A DNA stretch of 41,196 nt from Anaerolineales bacterium UBA4826 (GCA_002400365.1 DHFK01000084.1:3678-44873), one strand, 5' to 3'; positions 1 to 8,697 are shown, counted from the stretch's first letter. Translations and numbers: made by a program. Notes: generated from the sequence alone by a model not told the origin.

Positions 1-613
1 TGACCGCGTGCGGCGCGAGCGAGTCGCGCAGTTTCTTGACGCCGGCGACGAACCCGGCTGGATCGTGCGGCAGCCACGCCGCGTTGTCGTAGCCATCGCG
101 CAAATAACACGCGAGCACGCGCGTCCCGTCCGACGCCTCCCACCACAATTCGGTTGGCTCGTCCGCCAAGCCGCGCCGAAACGCCGCCGCGCTAAAGCCA
201 AAGCCGCGCAGAATCTGGGGCATCTGGCTGATGTGTCCAAAGGGGTCGGGGATGTAGCCGAGGCGCATCGCGCCGCCAAAAGCGTTGGCAGTGCGAACGC
301 CGCGCAGCAAGTTGCGGATGAGCGCTTCGCCGCTTACTAGGAATTCATCGGGCAGGATGTACCATGGGCCGACCTGCAACTTGCCGCCGGCGACCAGATC
401 GCGCAGCGTTTGTTCGCGATCGGGGCGCACTTCGAGATAGTCTTCGAGGACGATGGTTTGTCCGTCGAGCAAAAAGGACCGGTAATCTGGATCGGTTGCA
501 AATAGGTCGAGCAACTGGTCAATGCACTTGACCAGGCGCAGTCTAAAGACCTGGAATGGCTCGTACCATTCGCGATCCCAGTGCGTGTGTGAAACGACGT
601 AGAGAGTTTGCAT
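1..613 (-). CDS. Glycoside hydrolase family 38 (alpha-mannosidase / mannosylglycerate hydrolase-like), N-terminal part; the gene runs off the window start
   Basis: Not in the ORF track because there is no stop in the window. My reverse-complement translation from the ATG at 613 is open to position 1: MQTLYVVSHTHWDREWYEPFQVFRLRLVKCIDQLLDLF...GPWYILPDEFLVSGEALIRNLL...PDPFGH. The HTHWDREW and PDEFLVSGE motifs are typical of the GH38 N-terminal domain. Confidence 0.75.
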   Translation of the reverse strand, partial: MQTLYVVSHTHWDREWYEPFQVFRLRLVKCIDQLLDLFATDPDYRSFLLDGQTIVLEDYLEVRPDREQTLRDLVAGGKLQVGPWYILPDEFLVSGEALIRNLLRGVRTANAFGGAMRLGYIPDPFGHISQMPQILRGFGFSAAAFRRGLADEPTELWWEASDGTRVLACYLRDGYDNAAWLPHDPAGFVAGVKKLRDSLAPHAV

Positions 614-626
614 GGTTGAGGTTCAT

Positions 627-2021
627 TCAAGCAGGAGGTTGGTCAAAATTATCCCGCGCCAACGGCGAATCACGCGCTTCGACAGTGCAGGCACAGATTG
701 CTGGTGGAGCAGATACGCAAGAAGCAATTGGCGCGCTCTGAGCGGGGGCGTCCGGCGCGGCGTAAACGGCGATGCGTCCCCGTCCTTGTTCCTTCGCCAG
801 ATACAGCGCGATATCGGCGTGCGACAGCGCGGCGTGCATCGGCTCGGCGCCGTCAATCTCAGCCAGCCCGATACTCAATCCCAGTTTGCAGGCATGTCCT
901 TGCGTAACGAAAGCATGGTCGCTGACCGCGCGCGCCATGCGCTCGGCGACGATCTTGGCTTGTTCGAGATTCGATCCCTCGAGCAGGACCGCGAATTCAT
1001 CTCCGCCGATGCGCGCTAGCAGATCGCCGGCGCGCAAGTCCTTTTGAATCAATTGGCTCAGGGTAATCAGGGCTTGATCGCCAGCCGGATGACCCAGGGT
1101 ATCGTTGATCTCCTTGAAATGATCGGCGTCCATCAAGAGGAGCGTGCTGGGGATGCCGCGGCGCGCGCGCGCGCTGGCGTGTTTCAATACCTCTTCCAAC
1201 AGCCGCCGATTGGCTTGCCCGGTGAGCGGATCGTGGAGGGCGAGAAAAGCCAGTTGTTCTTCCTGAACTTTGCGCGCGGTGACGTCACGCGAAATGCTGC
1301 CCACGAGGTAACCATTGGGCGTCTGGATGCGAAAGGTGCGCGTCTGCAAGTACCGCGACGCGCCGTCGGGACGTTCGATCTCCATTTCGCGCAGCGACTC
1401 GGGTTCGAATTGATGCGTCTTGAGGAGGCGCAATGTCGCGGATTTGAGTTGTTGATATGCCGCCGTCGTCGCGCGTTTGTTCGATCGGATTTGGAATTGA
1501 ACGTCCCAGAGATAACGTCCGACCGCTTTCGCGCTGGGCAAGCCGGTGATTTCCTCTTGGGCGCGATTCCATTCGACGATCACGCCATTTTCGTCAGTGA
1601 GAACGATGCCGTCGCCGGAATGTTCGATGATGCTGCGGAATTTCTGCGCGGCGCGCCGCAGCGATTGCTCGACGCGGACCTGTTCCGCGCGTTGATTGTG
1701 CAGCCGGTCGGCGATCTGGTCCACCGCGCTTTCCAGTTGTCCCAGGTCCCCGTTGGCGGACGCGCGACTGTGGCGCGCCGTCCAATCGCCGTGGGTAACG
1801 CGCTGGAGCGCGCTCTGCAACTTGGCGAGCGGACGCGCGAGCGCCAGGTGAATGCCGATTTGCAGAATGACCCACGCGCTCAGAACGCCGGTTGCCAACG
1901 CGACGCCATAGTCATTCTGCGCCCAGCCCAGGTACACGCCCAGTCCCAGCAAAGGAAGACTGGCGGCGAGCGCGATCAGCGTGACGCGTGCGCGCAGACC
2001 GACGACCAGATCGAGTCGCAT
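627..2021 (-). CDS. Membrane sensor diguanylate cyclase (TM-HAMP-PAS-GGDEF)
   Basis: 464 aa ORF. N-terminal TM helices, a HAMP-like segment, a PAS-like region (FRSIIEHSGDGIVLTDENGVIVEWNRAQEEITG) and a GGDEF domain (DPLTGQANRR...RIGGDEFAVLL). Confidence 0.9.
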   Translation of the reverse strand: MRLDLVVGLRARVTLIALAASLPLLGLGVYLGWAQNDYGVALATGVLSAWVILQIGIHLALARPLAKLQSALQRVTHGDWTARHSRASANGDLGQLESAVDQIADRLHNQRAEQVRVEQSLRRAAQKFRSIIEHSGDGIVLTDENGVIVEWNRAQEEITGLPSAKAVGRYLWDVQFQIRSNKRATTAAYQQLKSATLRLLKTHQFEPESLREMEIERPDGASRYLQTRTFRIQTPNGYLVGSISRDVTARKVQEEQLAFLALHDPLTGQANRRLLEEVLKHASARARRGIPSTLLLMDADHFKEINDTLGHPAGDQALITLSQLIQKDLRAGDLLARIGGDEFAVLLEGSNLEQAKIVAERMARAVSDHAFVTQGHACKLGLSIGLAEIDGAEPMHAALSHADIALYLAKEQGRGRIAVYAAPDAPAQSAPIASCVSAPPAICACTVEARDSPLARDNFDQPPA

Positions 2022-2024
2022 ACC

Positions 2025-3374
2025 TTATCCATCCAACCGCGCGGCGATGAGTGGCACGAGCATTTCCTCTGCCGCGAGTCCACCGTGGCGGCCCAGCATT
2101 TTGGATTCCTCGGCGCGATCCCACAAGAAGGAATTGCCGCGCGCGAGGACGATCAAATCGCCCAGCCGATGCTTGACCTCGGGCGCAATATCGCCGGACC
2201 CGAACAAACCTCCCTCCAGCGCGCTCCGCGCCTCGACGACGACGAATTCGTCCGCGAGGTGTGTCTTGAAATACTCGCGCACGGCTTCCACTTCGCCGTT
2301 GCGGCAGTACAGGTACGCCGCGCGCGGATCGCCGGTGAAATCCATCAATAGCCGATCGCGCAAGCGCGGGTGATCTCGCAGACATACCGCCGCGTGAGGC
2401 GGCGTATCTATTTGACCATGATCGGCGACGAAGAGGAAGAGCGTGCCGGCGCGCGCGGCGGGCGACAGGCGGCGCAAGAATTCGCGCTCGCCCGAGAACG
2501 CCAGGTTGTTGATTTCGGCGACGACGGTTTCGGACGACGCGCCGTAGCGGTGCGCGATCGAATCCGCCGCGCTCCAGTAGGCGACGAACAGCGCGCGCTC
2601 GGCGCGATGCGCTTCGACGTGCTCGCGCAACGCGACCCACATATCGGAGGAGGAGACGAAACCGCGCGTCTCGCGCGCGCCGCGAATCTGCACGCGCGCC
2701 AGCGCGCTCTCGACGTACGGCTCTTCGATGAAATGATAGACCGGCGCGCCAACGGGCGCGAGCGTTTGCGGCAGCGACGGCGCGGCGAGGAATTTGTCGG
2801 GTTCCAAGCCAGCCGCCAAAAGTTGCTCGCTGCCCAGTTCTTTGGTGGCAACCGGGCTGAAACCAATCATCTCCGTGCGCGCGCCGTAATCGCGCAGGAA
2901 CAGTTGATAGCCAACCAAGCCGTGTTCCGCGGGCGTATAGCCGGACCAGAGCGTAGTCAACGCGGCGGTCGTCGTCGAAGGGAAAACGGAAGTGAGCGGC
3001 GCGAGGCGCGCGCCGGCGCGCAAGAGCGCGTGGAAGCCGTTGTGGGGATTGGTTTCCAGCGTCTCGATCAGTCGGACGTAGCCCACCGCATCGGCGATGA
3101 CGAGGACGATGCGGTCAACGCCGGTTGCGAAATCCTGAATGAGCGCGGGCTCGAGCGGCGCGGTGCGAATAGTGCCACCCAGTATGCGAATGATGCTCGC
3201 GGCAAGGTTGGCGATAGATCTGCCGCCATAATTCGGCGCGATGAATTCACTGGGCAGGGCGAGGCGTTTCAAGCGCGTGGCGCGCTCGGCGCGAATCTTG
3301 CGTTCGATAGTGTCGGCGAGTGACATGACTTTACCGCTGGATCGAGAACTTTCGCTTGCAGCAGAGTCTAGCAC
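2025..3374 (-). CDS. Alkaline phosphatase superfamily protein (type I phosphodiesterase/nucleotide pyrophosphatase-like)
   Basis: 449 aa ORF with the motifs VFPSTTTAALTTLWSG and LFLFVADHGQ typical of this superfamily. The true start may be the internal Met at 3326 (MSLADTIERK). Confidence 0.7.
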   Translation of the reverse strand: MLDSAASESSRSSGKVMSLADTIERKIRAERATRLKRLALPSEFIAPNYGGRSIANLAASIIRILGGTIRTAPLEPALIQDFATGVDRIVLVIADAVGYVRLIETLETNPHNGFHALLRAGARLAPLTSVFPSTTTAALTTLWSGYTPAEHGLVGYQLFLRDYGARTEMIGFSPVATKELGSEQLLAAGLEPDKFLAAPSLPQTLAPVGAPVYHFIEEPYVESALARVQIRGARETRGFVSSSDMWVALREHVEAHRAERALFVAYWSAADSIAHRYGASSETVVAEINNLAFSGEREFLRRLSPAARAGTLFLFVADHGQIDTPPHAAVCLRDHPRLRDRLLMDFTGDPRAAYLYCRNGEVEAVREYFKTHLADEFVVVEARSALEGGLFGSGDIAPEVKHRLGDLIVLARGNSFLWDRAEESKMLGRHGGLAAEEMLVPLIAARLDG

Positions 3375-3401
3375 GAGTCTCCATTACGCGCAAGCCCCCG
3401 A

Positions 3402-3430
3402 TTGACGAAACAGAGTCGGTGTGCTAAGAT
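3402..3430 (+). promoter_or_regulatory. Sigma70-like promoter for the 3486-4806 gene pair
   Basis: TTGACG (3402-3407), 17 nt spacer, TAAGAT (3425-3430) preceded by TGc (extended -10). It sits about 55 nt upstream of the ATG at 3486. Confidence 0.5.
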
Positions 3431-3485
3431 GTGTCCAGAATGTCGCGGCGGTCGGTTGCCGGCGGTCGCATAAGTGAGGTGCACG

Positions 3486-3752
3486 ATGTTGAAATTCGAA
3501 TTGGATGAGCAAGAGCGCCAGGTGCTGCAAGCGCTGGCGCGCGGCGGCGCGATGAGCCCCAGCCAGGTCTCGGCGGAGACGCTGATTCTGCCCGGCGACA
3601 CAGCCAAGTTGCTGCAGATGCTCGCCGATGTGGGATTGGTGTTGATGCGCGATGACAGCGACAGCGCGGACGGCAAGTTGGTCGCGCTCAGCGCGCAAGC
3701 GCGCGATCTGTTGAATGTGAACCGGGCGGCGCAAATGCAGATCAAGAGGTGA
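3486..3752 (+). CDS. Small winged-helix-like DNA-binding protein (hypothetical)
   Basis: The track ORF is 3474-3752. I prefer the ATG at 3486, preceded by GTGAGGTG as an SD. The sequence ERQVLQALARGGAMSPSQVSAETLILPGDTAKLLQMLADVGLV looks like a MarR/wHTH-type helix-turn-helix. Confidence 0.5.
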   Translation: MLKFELDEQERQVLQALARGGAMSPSQVSAETLILPGDTAKLLQMLADVGLVLMRDDSDSADGKLVALSAQARDLLNVNRAAQMQIKR

Positions 3753-3756
3753 CGCG

Positions 3757-4806
3757 ATGACTCTCGATTCCAGTGGGACCAGCGGACCTCATTCCGAACG
3801 TGAATCGCGGCGAGGGCTAGGCGGTTGGACGATTTTGCTCGTCCTGCTGCTCCTAGCCCTCGTCGTTTTTCTCGCGCTTCCTCTCGACGGACTCGGCGTT
3901 GCGTCCTGGGCGCTGACGTTCCAGGCGCAACTGCGCGCCGCGCTCTACGCGGCGGGACCGTTCAGCGTCGTCGCGCTGCTCGGCGCGGTCGTCGGACTGG
4001 CGGAGATCGCGGCGACTTTTCCGAACTATCCGCGCGAAGCGCTCGGCGCGCGCTGGGCGCAAACGCTCATCCTCGTCAACGCGCTCGCCGCCATCTTTGC
4101 GTTTTGGGTCGCGCGCACGTACGCGCCGTCGGCGGACCTGATCCTCACCGTCGTCGGGGTTGGCATCGGCTTCCAGGCGATCATTCGCACGCGGTTCACC
4201 ATCGCCAAGCAGATCGGCGGCGCGGGCAGCAGCGACATCAATTTGAATATGGGCTGGCTGTACGATCAGTTCCAGAACTTGTGCAAGACGCAGATTGATA
4301 TGGAGTTGATGCGCGGACGGCGCACGGCGGTGACGCGCCTGCTCGAACGGTTTCCGACGCTGGCGCAGTTGTACGACATCGCGCAGTACACCATCGTCGC
4401 GCGCGCGACGCTGACGACCGAAGAGGAAAAGGCGCGCCTGCAAGAGTTGGACACGTTGTTCAACCCCAAAGCGCCGGCGAGTTTCGCGCGCACGAGCATG
4501 GCGCTGATGATTTTGGAAAACGGCGGCCAGGCGTACGTAGATCTGCTGCTCAACCAACCAGAGGCAGGTGTTGCCAAGCCGACGACATCAGAAGTCGTCG
4601 TCAAGCGGTTGGTCGAAAAATACACGCTCGAGCAGTTGGTCGCGTTGGCGCTGCGGCTGTTGACCGCGCCGAGCGAGCAGACCTGGGTGCAGGAAGCCGC
4701 CAAGCCCGCCGCCGGCGTCAGCGAGGCGAGCCAGAAAGCGACGATCGCGCATTTCCTCGTGCAGCGCGTCGGCGCGGAGACGGTGTTGCGCGAAATCGGC
4801 GCGTAG
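3757..4806 (+). CDS. Hypothetical membrane protein: about 4 N-terminal TM helices plus a helical soluble C-terminal domain
   Basis: 349 aa ORF starting 4 nt after the previous stop, with an AGAGGTGA SD. Hydrophobic segments span about residues 20-150. I recognise no family. Confidence 0.6.
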   Translation: MTLDSSGTSGPHSERESRRGLGGWTILLVLLLLALVVFLALPLDGLGVASWALTFQAQLRAALYAAGPFSVVALLGAVVGLAEIAATFPNYPREALGARWAQTLILVNALAAIFAFWVARTYAPSADLILTVVGVGIGFQAIIRTRFTIAKQIGGAGSSDINLNMGWLYDQFQNLCKTQIDMELMRGRRTAVTRLLERFPTLAQLYDIAQYTIVARATLTTEEEKARLQELDTLFNPKAPASFARTSMALMILENGGQAYVDLLLNQPEAGVAKPTTSEVVVKRLVEKYTLEQLVALALRLLTAPSEQTWVQEAAKPAAGVSEASQKATIAHFLVQRVGAETVLREIGA

Positions 4807-4825
4807 GGGGTGGGTCAATCCGCCC

Positions 4826-5170
4826 CTACCTGGTCGAATGAGCCGTTTTGTCCCGGTAATCCTCTCGCACCGGGTAGAACGTGTCAATGACCCGGCAGTT
4901 CGTTATCGCTTTGCCGGTGTGCGTGGCGTTTGGTGGAATCACGACGACGGCGCCAGGTCCCATGCTGCGCGTTTCGCCGTTCAGCGTGAAAGCAAACTCG
5001 CCTGCGAGGACGCGGGTGATCTGCTCGTGCGGATGCGCATGCACAGGCAGCGCCGCGCCGGCTGTGATCGTCCAGTCGGCGAGCGTCATGTGATCAGAAT
5101 GGACAAAGCGCCCCCGGAAACCGGGGACTGGCTCGAATTGCTTTAGTTCGTCCAGCATAACGAATGGCAT
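4826..5170 (-). CDS. Cupin domain protein
   Basis: 114 aa. The motifs LPVHAHPHEQITRVLAGE and GAVVVIPPNATH match the two cupin motifs. An AAGGAG SD lies upstream. Confidence 0.8.
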   Translation of the reverse strand: MPFVMLDELKQFEPVPGFRGRFVHSDHMTLADWTITAGAALPVHAHPHEQITRVLAGEFAFTLNGETRSMGPGAVVVIPPNATHTGKAITNCRVIDTFYPVREDYRDKTAHSTR

Positions 5171-5187
5171 AGTGATCTCCTTTGCAG

Positions 5188-5221
5188 AGACCTTCGAGGT
5201 TTCGTCAAACCTCGAAGGTCT
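5188..5221. repeat. Perfect 15-bp-stem hairpin (agaccttcgaggttt-cgtc-aaacctcgaaggtct)
   Basis: Read directly. It lies between two minus-strand genes. The T-run follows it only on the plus strand, where there is no upstream gene. Confidence 0.7.
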
Positions 5222-5227
5222 TTGTTC

Positions 5228-6214
5228 TCACCGTGTCACCAACTGGAATGTCAGATAGTAGCGCGTGTGCGCGTTCTGGATTTTCATGCGCACGCTGTAC
5301 AACCCCAAGCCGCTGATCTTGTCGCTAGGATACGCGCCGCCAACCTGGATGGGCCAATGGTTCGCGATGAACGAGTAGTTGCAGTTGCACATGTCGCTCG
5401 CGGGTTTTTCGGGACCCAGATCGCCCACCGTCGCGAGGGTGCCGTCGTCTTTGGTTACTTTGAGCGGCGCGCTCTCACGCCAGCCGCCCGCGCCGATTAG
5501 CATTACGTAGATGTTGGTGCCGGTGTCGCCGCCGGGCAGATTGGGACAATCATTACGCGTGTCGCGGTCGTCGCAATAGAGCGCGCGCGCGAGATGCCAG
5601 TACTTTTGCCCCGCCGCGACGCTCACCGGTTCGAATTTTGCGCCAGGGGGCCATTCGGCGGGGAAGGGCGGGATCCAATTCGTCGGCGCGATCGGCGCGG
5701 GCTTGGTCGCCGTCGCGCGCGGGCGCGTGGGCGTACGCGTGGGCGTTGCCGGGGGCGTGGTCGTTTCAGTCGCCGTGGGTGTGAGCGTCGGCGCGGTCGT
5801 TCGGGTCGGCGGCGGCGTCAGCGTGGCGGTGGGCGTTGGGGTCGTCGCGATGAACGCGATCGCTTGATCGGGATTCCCCAGCGCGACAGCGAGCGCAGCC
5901 AGATTCGCGGCGCTCGGATCGTTCTGGGTGTTGTACTGCTTTGCCAGCGCGGCAACGCGGTCGTTCACCGCGGGATCCTTTAGTTGCGTCAGGCGTTCGC
6001 GGGCGCGGGGCAGGTTGTGATCCAGGGCGTACGCGTTTGCCACGAGCACCACCAGTTCTTCTTGCGCCGCGGGCTTCAAGTCGGTCGCGTCAACATTGGC
6101 GATTTGCACGGGCCATAGACTCCAGCCCACCCATAGTCCAGTGGCAAGCCCGCAGACCAAGCCCAACGCGATGACCACGATCAGCGCGCGCGCGCCGAGT
6201 TTCAGTTCAGTCAT
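5228..6214 (-). CDS. Membrane-anchored protein: N-terminal TM, helical segment, Pro/Thr-rich linker, Cys-containing C-terminal domain shared with the upstream gene
   Basis: 328 aa. TM helix ALIVVIALGLVCGLATGLWVGW, linker TTPTPTATLTPPPTRTTAPTLTPTATETTTPPATPTRTPTRP, and C-terminal motifs GQKYWHLARALY and PSDKISGLGL. Confidence 0.65.
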   Translation of the reverse strand: MTELKLGARALIVVIALGLVCGLATGLWVGWSLWPVQIANVDATDLKPAAQEELVVLVANAYALDHNLPRARERLTQLKDPAVNDRVAALAKQYNTQNDPSAANLAALAVALGNPDQAIAFIATTPTPTATLTPPPTRTTAPTLTPTATETTTPPATPTRTPTRPRATATKPAPIAPTNWIPPFPAEWPPGAKFEPVSVAAGQKYWHLARALYCDDRDTRNDCPNLPGGDTGTNIYVMLIGAGGWRESAPLKVTKDDGTLATVGDLGPEKPASDMCNCNYSFIANHWPIQVGGAYPSDKISGLGLYSVRMKIQNAHTRYYLTFQLVTR

Positions 6215-6217
6215 CTG

Positions 6218-8173
6218 CTATTTGTTTCTTTCCACGTCCAGAAAAGTTGCGATGGCGCGCTTCCAGGTCAAGAGAAAACTGACGTGTTGCTTGAGCGGCA
6301 ATCCGATGCCGCGCACGCGGTCGCTGGGCAAGCCGTCAACCCATGCCTGGTATGCCCCCGTCTCGCCGCGCTCGGGCGCAAACGATGCCCACAGGGGTAG
6401 ATTCGCTTCGCCCCGTTCATTCGTCAGCGCGTCGGTCGCGCCATCCGACCAGCCCTGCCACACCTTTTGATATTCGATCGGTTTGTTCTGCTGGTCAACG
6501 ACAGTGTAGTAAACCTGGTGCTCGTCGTTCGATTCGCCGGGACCTTGATAGATCGCGCGGACGAGTTTCCAGTACGCCTGGCCCGGTTCGATCTCGGCTG
6601 GCTCGATGGCTAGCCCCAGTGCGTCGAGACGCCAATCCCATTCCACTTGAGCGGGGATGGCTAGCGGTTCGGACGGAGGCGCGATCGGTTTTTCCGTCGG
6701 CGGCGCCATTTCTTCCGGCGCGGCGATGGTCGGCGTCACGCGCTCGGGCGCTGGCGCGGCGATCGGTGCTTCGACGACCGGTGCTCGCGCCGGCGCGCTG
6801 GGAGTTGGCAGCGGTGTATCGCGCAGCCACGATGGGAAATCGGCTGGCGCGCGCCGCGCTGGCGGCGCGATGAATTCCGGCGCGGCAGGCGCGTGCACGA
6901 TCGGTTCGACTTGTTCCGGCGCGGGCTTGGGGCGGAGCGGGATTGCGGGTTGGATTGGCGGCGTCGGCTGCGCGCCCGGCAAGCGACGCGCGAGATTCTG
7001 CATGGCTTTAACTGTATCAACGACGGGCAGGCGATCGCCCAACGTCACGTGCGGGACGGCGATTGCCGGAATGTCGTCAAAGCCAAAGGGCGCGTCTTGG
7101 AAGGCGCGCTGCCAAAACGCGCTGCGCCACGCGTCCGGTTCGTGCGCGTCCGATGCGATCAAGAGCGTCGGGACGGCGGCGAAATAGTAATCGGGCGCTT
7201 GTCGCTGCATATAGTCGAACAGCGCGACGGTTTGGTCGCGCTGCGCCTCGGGCGTGACGCGCGGGTAACGCACATCCTCGCGCTGGCCCACGTGATAACC
7301 ACCGGCGACGCTGATGATCGGGATCGAGCGTCCCAGGTATCTTATTGCCAGCGCGTCATAGTATTCGAATTCGCGAAAGCACGCGTGGTCTTGCGCGAGC
7401 GCCGGCGTCGAGTTCGCGCCGTTCGCGCGCAGAACGTTGATTTCGTCGAGCGTGTCCGCGCGGCGGTGCGCGGCGTTCCACCACGCCCATTGCGCGAACA
7501 GGCCAAGATCGTATTGCTCTAGCGTGAGCGCCTGCCCGGCGCGATTGATCGGATCGTCCGGAAAATTGAGTGGGCGATTCTGACACTCGTTGCGCAGCGC
7601 GATCCAGCACCCTTCCAGCAAAATGTCTTGGCGACCGAGCGCGAGCAGCGCGCTCATCAAATCCATGTTGCCGCCGCCGCTGATGGCGGGCAAGCCGGGC
7701 AAGCCGCCGGCGGACAGGATCAAGCGCGCGTCGAAGAGCCAGTTGAGCGCGACGATTTTCGCGGCTTCCAGCGGATGGCTGGGCATCGCGTTGTGTTTCC
7801 ATTCCGTCGCGAGATTCGGCTCGTTGTTCGTCTCAAAATATCGAACGCCCGCGGTAATCAGGCGTTCGATTGTTTTCTCTTCGGGTCCGCCGATGTGACC
7901 GGGATTTGGCTCGGGGGTGTCGTTGGGCGGCGGATCTCGACGGAGAATGCGGACAATCGGAAAAATGCCGGCGGCGAGCAGTTTCTCGCACCAGGGCAGA
8001 CTGCTGCCGCGATCGTCAAGTACCTTGAACCACTTGACACCCATCTCGACGAGTTCGTTGATCCAGTAGGCGTAACCTTCATTGCCGCCGGTCCAGGCGG
8101 CATCCAGACTGCCGTGAAGACCACGCCCGTTGTCGCTCGGCGGGCGCGGGAAATCTTTCAGGTCTTTCGGCAT
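6218..8173 (-). CDS. Putative glycoside-hydrolase-like (TIM-barrel, NEP motif) protein with a Pro-rich linker and a C-terminal domain paralogous to that of 5228-6214
   Basis: 651 aa with a GGAGGAAG SD. RYFETNNEPNL resembles the clan GH-A acid/base motif. Pro/Ala-rich linker at about aa 410-520. C-terminal motifs GQAYWKLVRAIY and PSDRVRGIGL. No obvious signal peptide. Confidence 0.6.
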   Translation of the reverse strand: MPKDLKDFPRPPSDNGRGLHGSLDAAWTGGNEGYAYWINELVEMGVKWFKVLDDRGSSLPWCEKLLAAGIFPIVRILRRDPPPNDTPEPNPGHIGGPEEKTIERLITAGVRYFETNNEPNLATEWKHNAMPSHPLEAAKIVALNWLFDARLILSAGGLPGLPAISGGGNMDLMSALLALGRQDILLEGCWIALRNECQNRPLNFPDDPINRAGQALTLEQYDLGLFAQWAWWNAAHRRADTLDEINVLRANGANSTPALAQDHACFREFEYYDALAIRYLGRSIPIISVAGGYHVGQREDVRYPRVTPEAQRDQTVALFDYMQRQAPDYYFAAVPTLLIASDAHEPDAWRSAFWQRAFQDAPFGFDDIPAIAVPHVTLGDRLPVVDTVKAMQNLARRLPGAQPTPPIQPAIPLRPKPAPEQVEPIVHAPAAPEFIAPPARRAPADFPSWLRDTPLPTPSAPARAPVVEAPIAAPAPERVTPTIAAPEEMAPPTEKPIAPPSEPLAIPAQVEWDWRLDALGLAIEPAEIEPGQAYWKLVRAIYQGPGESNDEHQVYYTVVDQQNKPIEYQKVWQGWSDGATDALTNERGEANLPLWASFAPERGETGAYQAWVDGLPSDRVRGIGLPLKQHVSFLLTWKRAIATFLDVERNK

Positions 8174-8182
8174 CCACTTCCT

Positions 8183-8250
8183 CCAATTTCAGATTTCAGA
8201 TTGCTCGAAGGCGCTCCAATTTGAAATCTGCAATCTGCAATCTGAGATCA
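8183..8250. repeat. Hairpin repeat made of tandem 7-nt units (atttcag x2 / aatctgc x3)
   Basis: Left arm aatttcagatttcagattgc (8185-8204). Right arm gaaatctgcaatctgcaatctgagat. It shares a 19-nt core with 31682-31700. Confidence 0.8.
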
Positions 8251-8697
8251 GTCTACGCGCCAGCCGCCCAGCGCGATCTTGTACTCTTCCATCTGCGCGT
8301 CCGGAATTCTCAAATACGTGCCGATCGCTTCGACCGCGAGCGTGCCATCTTCCAGGCGAATCTCGCCGCGCCCCTCCAGCATCCGATTCGACTTTTTGAC
8401 GATTTCGCCTTTGAGTTTGAGCGGCGCGCCGATCGGCACCGGCTTTTTAAACCGGATTTCAAGTTTCGCGGTCATGCACCACATGTCGCTTGCAATCGCG
8501 GTGCGCCCAATGATCTCGTCGAGCATCGTGGTGACGAGCCCGCCGTGCATCACGCCGGGAAATCCTTGGTGTTCCTCACGCGGCACATAGTCGGCGTGGA
8601 CGCAACCCTCCCCGTCAGCATAAAAACGCATCCGCAAGCCGATGGGATTCTCGCGTCCGCAGACGAAACACATTTTGCTACTGGGCTGTTTTTGCAT
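8248..8697 (-). CDS. PaaI/4HBT-type hotdog-fold thioesterase
   Basis: 149 aa. CFVCGRENPIGLRMRF...GFPGVMHGGLVTTMLDEIIG is typical of PaaI-family thioesterases. Confidence 0.8.
   Translation of the reverse strand: MQKQPSSKMCFVCGRENPIGLRMRFYADGEGCVHADYVPREEHQGFPGVMHGGLVTTMLDEIIGRTAIASDMWCMTAKLEIRFKKPVPIGAPLKLKGEIVKKSNRMLEGRGEIRLEDGTLAVEAIGTYLRIPDAQMEEYKIALGGWRVD

Noticed and set aside
1044-2351. Long plus-strand ORF (435 aa) antisense to the GGDEF gene. Similar long antisense ORFs occur at 2370-3323, 6657-7187, 9585-10769, 14073-14822, 21473-22159, 26844-27593, 34384-35121, 35194-36135 and 38897-39856.
   Set aside because: These are typical shadow ORFs of a GC-rich genome. They are Arg/Ala/Gly-rich and low in complexity, lack SD sequences, and each lies opposite an ORF with clear family motifs.
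4803-4828. Short GC hairpin (taggggg...cccccta-like) overlapping the convergent stops of 3757-4806 and the cupin gene, as a bidirectional terminator.
   Set aside because: Only about 6 clean base pairs with a 12-nt loop and no U-tract on either strand, which is too weak to call.
5188-5221. Perfect 15-bp hairpin as a Rho-independent terminator.
   Set aside because: The T-run follows it only in the plus orientation, where no gene ends upstream. On the transcribed minus strand it is followed by the cupin SD, so it is recorded as a repeat/intercistronic hairpin instead.
5620-5640. tRNA T-arm-like string ggttcgaat (also gttcgattc near 40274).
   Set aside because: No acceptor, D or anticodon arm pairing is visible around either string. 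The first lies inside a well-supported coding frame and the second in the rpmB 5' leader.
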